A stretch of DNA of 64,000 bases from an uncultured Lachnospiraceae bacterium (GTDB lineage Bacteria; Bacillota; Clostridia; Lachnospirales; Lachnospiraceae), in NCBI GenBank assembly GCA_910587095.1, contig CAJUMJ010000041.1, forward strand, positions 30,028 to 94,027, given 5' to 3'. This document shows, in pieces, positions 35,991-44,514 of the stretch (position 1 is the stretch's first letter; every line of letters starts with the position of its first letter). The position numbers and the translations under genes were made by a program. Below the pieces are notes generated by a model. The model saw only the letters and a list, made by a program, of their open reading frames with translations. It searched no databases and was not told the DNA's origin.

Positions 35991-36698
35991 TCAATAATTG
36001 AAATCGTAATATACAAAACGTCCGGCGCAATATTTACTGTAGGTTCCCTGAGTCAGGTGAAACCGCGCAAACAGGGCGGACAAAAAGCCCACCAGCTTTC
36101 CGCTGTATTTGACCTCCAAAACCACACTCTCCGGCATGACCGGCGTATAGTGCACGGCGGACGAAAACAGATCCATATTGGATTCCGTCGATCTGACATT
36201 CATATCCAAAGTGACACGCGTGTCATACATGGGATACCTGTACGCCAGCCGGTCATACGCAACCTGCACGGCGGGCCGATACTGCCCCTGTACCATAATG
36301 CCGTAGGCTTTGAGGCTCGTCGCGGACGTGTCAAAATAGTTTTTGAGCACACGGTACTCTCCGCGTGAAAGCGCTGCAGCGTCAGGCTGCGAGATGAGAA
36401 ACCCCTGCTTTTTCTGCCGGTCGTCGGTTTTCTGTTTGATTTCAAGCTTGCATAAGGAGGCGTTTCCGTTGTAAATCCGGAGACGTACCTTTTTCCTGTC
36501 CATCACGCCTGAAAGCTTCTGCGCAAAATCAATATTGTTTGGCGAATCAAAATAGAGACTGCTCACCAGGTAGGCTCCCCCGGCGCAATAGCCGTCCTTC
36601 TCAAGAAGCCTGTCCAGCTCTTCTCTGATCAGGAGCGCTTTCCCGAGCGGTATGACATATTTGATTTCTTTTCTGTATGAATAAAGCTCTTTGTCCAT
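35991..36698 (-). CDS. VTC-domain (triphosphate-tunnel, polyphosphate-polymerase-like) protein, paralogue 2
   Basis: 235 aa and soluble. It has an N-terminal RKEIKY strand (ExK) and alternating basic/acidic beta-strand motifs (KVRLRIY, KLEIKQK, VLEVKY) as in CYTH/TTM tunnels. Confidence 0.7.
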   Translation of the reverse strand: MDKELYSYRKEIKYVIPLGKALLIREELDRLLEKDGYCAGGAYLVSSLYFDSPNNIDFAQKLSGVMDRKKVRLRIYNGNASLCKLEIKQKTDDRQKKQGFLISQPDAAALSRGEYRVLKNYFDTSATSLKAYGIMVQGQYRPAVQVAYDRLAYRYPMYDTRVTLDMNVRSTESNMDLFSSAVHYTPVMPESVVLEVKYSGKLVGFLSALFARFHLTQGTYSKYCAGRFVYYDFNY

Positions 36699-36746
36699 CG
36701 CGCGTCCCCGGCTGTCCTCTAAGCATTCCCTTTATAAATCCCAACA

Positions 36747-36775
36747 ATTATAACATCGGCCTTTCCATTTTTCAA
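36747..36775 (-). promoter_or_regulatory. Strong sigma-A-type promoter in front of triad 2
   Basis: On the minus strand: TTGAAA, a 17-nt spacer, then TATAAT, about 50 nt upstream of the VTC-2 start. Confidence 0.6.
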
Positions 36776-36781
36776 CCGGCT

Positions 36782-37894
36782 TCACTCCCGCTCCTCCGGC
36801 CAAGCCCCCTCTGTAAGCGCCTCTGCCATTTTCTCCTCTTTCCATTCCAGGCTCTCTCTGTCAATCAGCTTTCGCTCCGCTCCCTCGTCCCACCAAAAAC
36901 ACGGGACGCCGATCCCGTTTGCCCGCTCCAGATAGTATTGCAGCCATTCCAGCCGTTCTTCCCCATTTTCCTTGTCCTCGCTGCCAAACTCCGTAATGAC
37001 CACCGGAATACGCCGTTTCACGTAGTTTTCCTGAAGCCATGCAAACAGCGTATCTATTTTCTCCGTGTCGCCTTTGTTGTCCGCGTCAAAAGTGCGGCTC
37101 CCGCCATCCCCCTCGCAAAAGGAATAGGGAATATACGCGTGAACCGACACGATAACATGTCCGTCTATATATTTGAGACTTTCCAGCGCCGCTGTCTCAT
37201 ACCGGTTCGCATACGGACAGATCAAAAGATATCTCTCCTCATTGGCTCCGCCCGTCCCGCGCACGCTGTCCACAAACACCTGGTTCAGACGATTCGTCAT
37301 ATCCCGCAGCTCCTTTGTCCCCTCCGTCCACTCGTATTCCGAATCCCGCAGTCTCGGCTCGTTCATCCCCTCGAACAAAAGACGCTCGTCGTATTCGGAA
37401 AACCGTTTCGCAATCTGCGTCCACACCTTGTCTAGCTTCCCGCCGATCTCCGCCTCCTTGTCCGTCTCCAGGTTCAGCCACATCTCATGGTGCGTATCCA
37501 GAATCACATACAGCTCCTCATGCAGAGCCATATCGACAACCTCCTGCACCCGATCCATCCATTCCGGCTCTATATTTCCCTCCGCATCCATATGCTCGTC
37601 CCACGTCACCGGTATCCGCACGCTCCGAAACCCGGCCTTTCTGATTTCGGAAAAGAGCTCTCCCGTGATCGGCGGATTGTTCCAGTAAGTTTCGTAATAC
37701 TCCGCCTGGGCGTTATCCCTGTGTTCCCGCACACCGGTGGCATCCAGACTGTTGCCGATATTTATGCCGTTCCCAAGATCCGCCGCAAACTGCATTCCCT
37801 CTTTCCCCCGATAATCCGCAAAGCAGAGCGTGCCGGCCAGTACGGCAAGTATAAGCCCGGCGGCCGCTCCCCCTATCCATATCCCTTTTTTCAC
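36782..37894 (-). CDS. Glycoside hydrolase family 5 endoglucanase (cellulase-like), membrane-anchored
   Basis: Both catalytic motifs are intact (GMNEP and VITEFG). It has an N-terminal TM helix. Its start overlaps the upstream stop by 4 nt. Confidence 0.85.
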   Translation of the reverse strand: MKKGIWIGGAAAGLILAVLAGTLCFADYRGKEGMQFAADLGNGINIGNSLDATGVREHRDNAQAEYYETYWNNPPITGELFSEIRKAGFRSVRIPVTWDEHMDAEGNIEPEWMDRVQEVVDMALHEELYVILDTHHEMWLNLETDKEAEIGGKLDKVWTQIAKRFSEYDERLLFEGMNEPRLRDSEYEWTEGTKELRDMTNRLNQVFVDSVRGTGGANEERYLLICPYANRYETAALESLKYIDGHVIVSVHAYIPYSFCEGDGGSRTFDADNKGDTEKIDTLFAWLQENYVKRRIPVVITEFGSEDKENGEERLEWLQYYLERANGIGVPCFWWDEGAERKLIDRESLEWKEEKMAEALTEGAWPEERE

Positions 37895-38796
37895 AAAAGC
37901 CCTCCGTCGCCACGCCCGGCTAAAAGCTCTGGCCGCCCTTGCCTTTTGGAAGCGCCTTCCTCATGCTCCTTCAGCAAGTTAAGCCGTTTTCCGTCGCTCT
38001 CAAACACCACATCTCCCTCACAGGAAAAAAGAAGTCTGCTCCCGCACCTTGCGCTGCTCTCCACAATCTCCTCATCCGCCGAGTCGGATGTCACAACCGC
38101 ATAGGCGGGGCGAAGCGTCTCAAACAGCTCCTCGGAGGCTTTGTTTGCCCTCCCGTGATGGGCGACCTTGTATAGTGCCACCTCCGGCAGGTTCATTGTC
38201 AAAAGCTCCTCGCTGCGTTTGCGCATCGCGTCCGCGCCAAAAAACATTTTCACTTTCCCATGCTCCGCCAGCACTGCCAGAGAATAGTTGTTCCCCTCTT
38301 TATAATGCTTTTCCTGCGGCGGATATACAAGCAGATTCACATATCCCGTATGGATTTTCCACACATGGTTCGGATAGTATATCTGGATTTTTTTGTCCCT
38401 GCAACAGGTTTCAACAGCCTTCCATTCTTCATTTTCCCCCGCATAACAGGAATAAATCACTTTCTTTACCGGAAATTCCCTCAGAACAGGAAGCGCCCCT
38501 CCTATATGGTCTTTGTCAGGATGCGTCAGAATAAGCGCGTCCAGCTCCTCAATCCCGGCTTCATTGAGCTCCCGCATCACATGTTCGATGTCCTGCGCCT
38601 CTCCCGTATCAATCATCACCGCGTTTTTGTCCTGGCTTAAAATAATACAGTCCGCGTCTTCCTTTGTCTGCAAAATGCGGACTTGCAAATCCGCGCTGTC
38701 TCCCCCGGGATCAAATGTGCCGCCTGCTGCCAGATAAGCAAGCCCCAATATGCCAATCAACGCGATCCACGCACAAACCACCGCTGCTTTTCTCAT
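37891..38796 (-). CDS. MBL-fold metallo-hydrolase (ComEC C-terminal-domain-like), membrane-anchored
   Basis: ILTHPDKDHIGG motif (HxHxDH) and an N-terminal TM helix. Confidence 0.75.
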   Translation of the reverse strand: MRKAAVVCAWIALIGILGLAYLAAGGTFDPGGDSADLQVRILQTKEDADCIILSQDKNAVMIDTGEAQDIEHVMRELNEAGIEELDALILTHPDKDHIGGALPVLREFPVKKVIYSCYAGENEEWKAVETCCRDKKIQIYYPNHVWKIHTGYVNLLVYPPQEKHYKEGNNYSLAVLAEHGKVKMFFGADAMRKRSEELLTMNLPEVALYKVAHHGRANKASEELFETLRPAYAVVTSDSADEEIVESSARCGSRLLFSCEGDVVFESDGKRLNLLKEHEEGASKRQGRPELLAGRGDGGLL

Positions 38797-40023
38797 TCAA
38801 TCCCCCTGATTTTCAAAATACGCAAACGCCCTGTCTGCGACATTATAAGGATACACTTCTATAAAGAGATAATCATACTCCCCCTCCCTTATCATCTCCT
38901 CATAGTCAAGCCCGTTACGGTCGGACCTCGCCCACACCATATCAATCTGACTGCACATCGGCGCCAAAAAGCAGGCGACCGGAGACATATAGGAATCTCT
39001 CAGACACAGCACCCTTGGCCCCTCGGGATTGTCCTCGTTCACGATGCGATCCTGATTCACGACGCCCTCCAGATAAATAGAACTTCCCGGATTCGAATAC
39101 GCGTCCGCCCTGCTGCTCTCCAGATCGACAAAGACGTCATAAAAGCTGCCCGCTTTTCTCTCGCCGCTCTCCAGGTCATACCATTTCATGTGCGTCTCAA
39201 ATTTGGGGTACAGCACCGTATAATCCTCTTTTCCGGCATACGCCAGCCCCGTCTCTCTGCCGATCGCCCCAATCGTCCCCTGCCTGTACGTATCCGCCGT
39301 ATAATTTGCCCTGTCAAGGTAGTAGTCTTCCGGATCCCAGTCATCGCCGAAATCCTTCCGTATCTTATCCGCTAACGCCCCGGCGGCGATAAACGCAGCC
39401 TCGGACGTCCAGGAATGATCCGTGCGGTAAAACATCTCCTCATGCGTCATGCCGGATTCCGTCAAGGCCGTCCGCAAGTCAAGCGTAGCGACCTGATTCT
39501 GCTGCATGTACAAAAGAAGTTCATCCTGCATGGCGTTTGGATCGTTCACGGGAAGTTCCCTGTCTTCTCCCATAACGCCGTACAGCACTTTGGAAGGCGG
39601 CATGATAAATATGGTTTTTGCCCCCTGCCTGCCGGCACACCGCGCCGCCCTGCCGGTCCTTACGGCGTATTCCATCAGACTGTCGTTTTCGTTCGCCATA
39701 ACGGCGCCGTAATAGAGCATATCGTTTCCGCCTCTCACAAACGAAAAATTGCGATATTCCCGCTTGTCCATAAGCCTCTGCGCTACGCCGTACACTTCCA
39801 CGGACAAATCGCCCGCCGCACTCTCTTCCAGTTCCTCCAAAAGCTCCTTTCGCAATTCGCCCCATAGCTCTTTTGCCTGTTCATAGCCGGAAGCCTCCGT
39901 AAGTCCCTTCCCGAAATCCGCAAAGGCTTTCTGTCCGTGATAAATGCCATATCCGAAAAAGGCAAAAAGCCCTGCCAGAAAACAGAACAGAAATACATAT
40001 TTTTTCCCGAAAAACGCTTTCAT
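38797..40023 (-). CDS. DHHW-family (AlgX/AlgJ-like) extracytoplasmic protein, probable O-acyl transfer partner of the MBOAT
   Basis: RTDHSW motif (a DHHW variant) and an N-terminal TM helix. Start set at MKAFFGK (GGGAGG RBS). Confidence 0.7.
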   Translation of the reverse strand: MKAFFGKKYVFLFCFLAGLFAFFGYGIYHGQKAFADFGKGLTEASGYEQAKELWGELRKELLEELEESAAGDLSVEVYGVAQRLMDKREYRNFSFVRGGNDMLYYGAVMANENDSLMEYAVRTGRAARCAGRQGAKTIFIMPPSKVLYGVMGEDRELPVNDPNAMQDELLLYMQQNQVATLDLRTALTESGMTHEEMFYRTDHSWTSEAAFIAAGALADKIRKDFGDDWDPEDYYLDRANYTADTYRQGTIGAIGRETGLAYAGKEDYTVLYPKFETHMKWYDLESGERKAGSFYDVFVDLESSRADAYSNPGSSIYLEGVVNQDRIVNEDNPEGPRVLCLRDSYMSPVACFLAPMCSQIDMVWARSDRNGLDYEEMIREGEYDYLFIEVYPYNVADRAFAYFENQGD

Positions 40024-40051
40024 CGTATCCTCCCGGCCAAAGCTCACATCT

Positions 40052-41443
40052 TTAATACAGCGAATACAGGAACGGTTTCCCGACTCCCTGCATCAGATAG
40101 CCAAGCGACAACAGTAACACGGCCGCCATCACAACCGGATAGCAAAGTGTAACGGCCACCCTGCCCACACGCCCGTTTTTTCCGTTCACAAGCCAGTTGT
40201 TCGCTTTCTTCGCAACAGGCGTGCACAAAAGGCATCCTATAGCCAGGTACGGCCAATATTCTAAAAGCAGTATTCCTGTCATGCCGTTCCAAATACTGTT
40301 ATAGTTCGCGCCGAACATATTCATATAGAACTGGCCGGCCTGGTACAAATCCTGTGCCCTGAAAACAACCCACCCCACAACGACAACCGACAAAGTATAT
40401 ATTCTCATAAGCGCAGTGTGCGGATTATTCTCCCCGTATCCGAGAAAAAGCTCCGCAAGAATAAACAGAAACTGCCACAGACACCAGAGAAAAAACTTAC
40501 CTCCCACACCGTACCACATGCCTATGACAAGCCACATCAAAAACAAGTTCCGCACGGTCTTGTCCATGTTGTCCTTCTTGCCGCCGAGCGGTTCAAACAC
40601 GTACCGCTGAAACCAGTTCATCAGCGAGATATAAAACCTTTCCCAAAAATCGCTGACCGAAACAGCCCTATAAGGATAGTTTACATTTTCCTCCATGATA
40701 ATGCCGAACATAAGACTCAGCCCGATCGCCATATCCGCGTACCCCGAAATGTCAAAATATATTTGCAGCGTAAACGCGAACAGGCCAAGCCACGCCATGA
40801 CCACAGGGACCGTCACGTTCTCCCTCCCCATGGCGGAATAATTGAAAACGATGTCCGCAAGCTGCGCGAGCGTATCCGCCAGAATTACCTTCTTTGAAAG
40901 CCCCGTCACAAACCGGCAGCACCCGACCGCACTGCGGCGCAAAGTCAGCTTCTGTCCTCCCATCTGCGCCGTAAATTCCTCAAACCCCACCGCAGGGCCG
41001 GCAAGAAGCTTTGGAAAATAGAAGAGATACAAACCGAGCGTAAAAGGATTTTTCGCCGTCGTTGTCCGCCCGGCGTACACATCCGACAAGTAGGAAATAC
41101 CCGAAAGCATCACAAAGGAAAGCCCCACGGGTAAAAATTCCCCCTGCTCATACATATACTTAAAAAACAGCACGGGAAGCAGGTTACCGACGACTCCGAT
41201 AATCAGAATAACATTTACCCTCCCCCCTGTTTTCCGGCTTTTAAACAACATTCCGAATATCCAGTCCCATAGCAGCAACACCAAAACGACAACAAAACCT
41301 GTCGGCGCGCCAAGCGCGTAGAAAAAAAGGCTGGTCAGAAAAAGCCATATTCTCTGCATGGTTTTGCTGAAAAAGAACAGATAATATCCCAGAAGCGCAG
41401 CAGGGAAAAAGAATACCAAAAAGTCCATACTTATAAACGACAT
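40052..41443 (-). CDS. MBOAT-family membrane O-acyltransferase (AlgI/DltB-like)
   Basis: About 10 TM helices and a typical MBOAT layout. Start set at MSFISM. Confidence 0.85.
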   Translation of the reverse strand: MSFISMDFLVFFFPAALLGYYLFFFSKTMQRIWLFLTSLFFYALGAPTGFVVVLVLLLWDWIFGMLFKSRKTGGRVNVILIIGVVGNLLPVLFFKYMYEQGEFLPVGLSFVMLSGISYLSDVYAGRTTTAKNPFTLGLYLFYFPKLLAGPAVGFEEFTAQMGGQKLTLRRSAVGCCRFVTGLSKKVILADTLAQLADIVFNYSAMGRENVTVPVVMAWLGLFAFTLQIYFDISGYADMAIGLSLMFGIIMEENVNYPYRAVSVSDFWERFYISLMNWFQRYVFEPLGGKKDNMDKTVRNLFLMWLVIGMWYGVGGKFFLWCLWQFLFILAELFLGYGENNPHTALMRIYTLSVVVVGWVVFRAQDLYQAGQFYMNMFGANYNSIWNGMTGILLLEYWPYLAIGCLLCTPVAKKANNWLVNGKNGRVGRVAVTLCYPVVMAAVLLLSLGYLMQGVGKPFLYSLY

Positions 41444-41453
41444 ACCTTCCCCC

Positions 41454-43043
41454 CTACCTTCTGGCAATATAGTACAGCGGAATCAAAAACACACAGGCGA
41501 CCAGAAACAGCCAAACCTCATGTCTGTTCATAATCCCGGTTGTAAATTCCGCGCTCTTGTGCAAAACGGAAAGCTGACCCGGAATTTCATCTCCATGCTT
41601 TCTGAGCGCCGTTTTCATGCGGTAAAGCTCGTCCTCGTAGGTTTTCGCCTCCCTCACGAGCACCGTCCCGTCTTTGAGCTTATAGTTTTCCAGATTATAT
41701 TCCGTATCCTGTGTATAAATATGTCCCCAGCGATACCATTCCCGCTCCCTTGCTCCTCCCAAATGCGCCGTGATTTCCTCGATCTTACCGATGATATGTT
41801 CCTCGGAAAAGGTACTTCTCCTCAGCTCGAAATAACGCTTTTCCAGCTTTGTGATAAACGTATTGTCTCTGCAAAGCTGCTCAAACCACGGCTTTGTCTG
41901 GAATCCCAGCGCATCCGTATCAAGCGGCTCATGCTTATAATTGTCAATCGTGCCGTCATAATCCCATGCCGGCCCCATGGTGAGCTTTCCGCCCCGCTCC
42001 TTAAAAAAATAAGTGGAAAAATTTCCGCTGTCATAGCTTCCGAAAAACTCGTTGAGCAGAAAATAATTTACGAAGGAATCCACATCTATGAGATTCTCAT
42101 AAGTCGAAAATTCCAGCAGATCGTTCGAATACAGCACCTTCTCCAGCCGGCTTAAGTCATCCTCGACGTAGGCCACCGCATCCTCGCTCACTTCGTCGTC
42201 AGACGGATAAAGCAGACCAAACCACTCCGCCGCAAGCCCATGCTCCCGCGCGTAAGTGTTTAACATCAGCCCCTCCTCGTCGTATCTGTCGCGCCTTACG
42301 AGATAGCTGTTAAACACATCCCCCGTTTTGTACTTGCTGATATTAACCCGATCCTCCCCCTGCCTGATACTTTCCCCGAGCAGGAAAACGCCCTGGTAGG
42401 TGTATCGCCCGTCCACACCAAGAATCACCTCGCAGTACTTGTTGTCTGGTGTGTAAGGCATGATCTCGGACGCGATACTGTAGACAAGATAATTGCGCAG
42501 CATACTTTTATCCGCCATACTGCCGTTCAAAATCCACTCGTGCTCCTCCCCCATTCCAAGAATATCCAGATCCCTGTACTGTCCCGATTCGGATACGAGT
42601 TTCACCATATACTGCGCCTTTTCATAGAGCATCGAGGAGTTTCCTCTTCTCTTGATCCGCATACGGCTCACCACGCAAGGATCGTCGCCCAAGCTGTTGT
42701 CCCCTTCCCCGGATGCATACAGATAGACGGTTCCGTCCACATAAGGTTCAACGCCCTCTATCGGAATAAACCTCCCGTCCTCCGGATTCTGACGGGTGGA
42801 AATGGGCGGCTCCTCCTCCATCTCAAGCACTACCACCGGCAGGTGCGACTTGAAATTCTCATTCACCGTAAAATCCTCATTAATGCCCGCAAGCGGATCC
42901 TTCTCCCGGATGGCGGCCTCAAGCTTTGTGGCGTAGCTGTCTCTTACGGTGTTCTTATGCAGTTCACGATAGCCTGCCGCAGCCGCCAGGCAAAATGCCA
43001 GGCCGAGCAGACAGGCCAGCAGTCCCTTCCATCGGTATCCCAT
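41454..43043 (-). CDS. CotH kinase-family protein, paralogue 1, extracytoplasmic between an N-terminal anchor and a C-terminal TM helix
   Basis: CotH core pattern (CEVILGVDGRYTYQGVFLLGE...). N-terminal LLACLLGLAFCLAAAAG and C-terminal VWLFLVACVFLIPLYYIA helices. Confidence 0.75.
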   Translation of the reverse strand: MGYRWKGLLACLLGLAFCLAAAAGYRELHKNTVRDSYATKLEAAIREKDPLAGINEDFTVNENFKSHLPVVVLEMEEEPPISTRQNPEDGRFIPIEGVEPYVDGTVYLYASGEGDNSLGDDPCVVSRMRIKRRGNSSMLYEKAQYMVKLVSESGQYRDLDILGMGEEHEWILNGSMADKSMLRNYLVYSIASEIMPYTPDNKYCEVILGVDGRYTYQGVFLLGESIRQGEDRVNISKYKTGDVFNSYLVRRDRYDEEGLMLNTYAREHGLAAEWFGLLYPSDDEVSEDAVAYVEDDLSRLEKVLYSNDLLEFSTYENLIDVDSFVNYFLLNEFFGSYDSGNFSTYFFKERGGKLTMGPAWDYDGTIDNYKHEPLDTDALGFQTKPWFEQLCRDNTFITKLEKRYFELRRSTFSEEHIIGKIEEITAHLGGAREREWYRWGHIYTQDTEYNLENYKLKDGTVLVREAKTYEDELYRMKTALRKHGDEIPGQLSVLHKSAEFTTGIMNRHEVWLFLVACVFLIPLYYIARR

Positions 43044-43058
43044 CACAGCCGCCCCTTT

Positions 43059-43736
43059 TTATCTGTTAATCTCATCGTTTTGACACACCAGATTGACCGC
43101 GGTTACCAGCTTGGATTTATAGAAGTAATCGGGAATATTCCCCTGCTTTTTTGCCTTGGTTATCATTTTTTCGGAAAGTTCATAAATATACTCCGCGTTT
43201 TCCTGCGTGGAATTGTCTACACGCAGTCTCGCCTTACCGGCAAACTTGCTCTCCACAAGCCTTTCCACCTCCGCGGCATTTTCCTGGCCGCATCGGATAA
43301 TCAGCAAATACCTCTCGTTACTCTTCACAGCGCCGAACAGCACGAGCACAAGAAATATGACAGCCGTCCCGACGCCCGCCATCACATACTCCGTGACGCC
43401 GCAGCAGATTCCAACCGCGATTCCCCAAAAAATATAAGCCGTGTCCCTCGGATCCTTGATCGCGGTTCTGAAACGCACAATGGAAAGCGCCCCGACCATA
43501 CCAAGAGAGAGCGCGATATTATTTCCGATCACATTCATAACAAGAGTAGTCACAAGCGTGAGCATTAATAGCGAAACATTGAAGCGCGCGCTGTAAGCGG
43601 CCCCCGAATGTGAAATCCGGTACGACAGATAGATCACTGCCCCCAGCACCACCGCCACCAGGAAATTCAGTACCATATCCTCCAGTGTGAGCGCCCCTGT
43701 ATTTGCCGCAAAGTAATTCATCAACTGTTCTTTCAT
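43059..43736 (-). CDS. DUF4956-family integral membrane protein, paralogue 1
   Basis: LGMVGALSIVRFRTAIKDPRD signature, four TM helices and a soluble C-terminal tail. Confidence 0.75.
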   Translation of the reverse strand: MKEQLMNYFAANTGALTLEDMVLNFLVAVVLGAVIYLSYRISHSGAAYSARFNVSLLMLTLVTTLVMNVIGNNIALSLGMVGALSIVRFRTAIKDPRDTAYIFWGIAVGICCGVTEYVMAGVGTAVIFLVLVLFGAVKSNERYLLIIRCGQENAAEVERLVESKFAGKARLRVDNSTQENAEYIYELSEKMITKAKKQGNIPDYFYKSKLVTAVNLVCQNDEINR

Positions 43737-43778
43737 GATCTTATCCCCTCTCTTCTCCGAGCCGTTATCTGCCGTCCT

Positions 43779-44483
43779 TTATTCGTTTCCTCTCATGCCG
43801 ACGCCCCGCGCCATACAGTATTTGCTCGCCGAAACCTGCGGCTGTCCGTGAAGCGACAGGAGGTCACGCACGTAGCTCAACAAAAAATGATTGAATTTCA
43901 CTTCCAGCGTAGTGACGCCACGTTGCGCAACCGGATATGTCATAAGCTTTTCCGAAAACAGATCCATATTGCTCTCCGTGGCCCTGATGTCCGCGTCAAG
44001 CGTAATGCGGATATCGTTTTCAGGCACAACCCACGCCGCCCTGTCGTACTCCACGATACAGCGGGGACGGTAGGCGTTCTCCTGCATCCTGATATACATT
44101 TCCAGGGCAAACTCCTCCTCCCGCTGCAAGAGGCACATGTAATCCCCTTCCATCAGTTTCCTGGCCTCGTCCCTCGACACGGACAGCGACCGCTTTCTCT
44201 GGAAATCACCCGTCTTTTCTTTCAACTCAAGCTTAGCGCTCTCCGCCTTTGGATCATATACCCTGAGCCGGATTTTTCTTCTTTCCCCGATTCCGTCCGA
44301 CTTTTCACGAAAGTCAGCGTCGTCCGGCGTGTCGTAATACAGCGAGCGCACCAGATACCCTCCGCCGTCCCTGCCATGTATATCCTCACGCAAAGCCATC
44401 CCCAGTCTGCCTCGCATCCTTTCCGTCTGTTCCGTATACAGCAAATATTTCTTTTCCTGTCTGAGTACGTCTAAAATTTCCAA
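43779..44483 (-). CDS. VTC-domain (polyphosphate-polymerase-like TTM) protein, paralogue 1
   Basis: TTG start after GGGAGG. It has an RQEKKY N-terminal strand and KIRLRVY, KLELKEK and TLEVKF tunnel-strand motifs. No signal peptide. Confidence 0.7.
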   Translation of the reverse strand: MEILDVLRQEKKYLLYTEQTERMRGRLGMALREDIHGRDGGGYLVRSLYYDTPDDADFREKSDGIGERRKIRLRVYDPKAESAKLELKEKTGDFQRKRSLSVSRDEARKLMEGDYMCLLQREEEFALEMYIRMQENAYRPRCIVEYDRAAWVVPENDIRITLDADIRATESNMDLFSEKLMTYPVAQRGVTTLEVKFNHFLLSYVRDLLSLHGQPQVSASKYCMARGVGMRGNE

Positions 44484-44514
44484 TTCCGCCTCCCTGCCCG
44501 GGCAAGCCGCTTCG

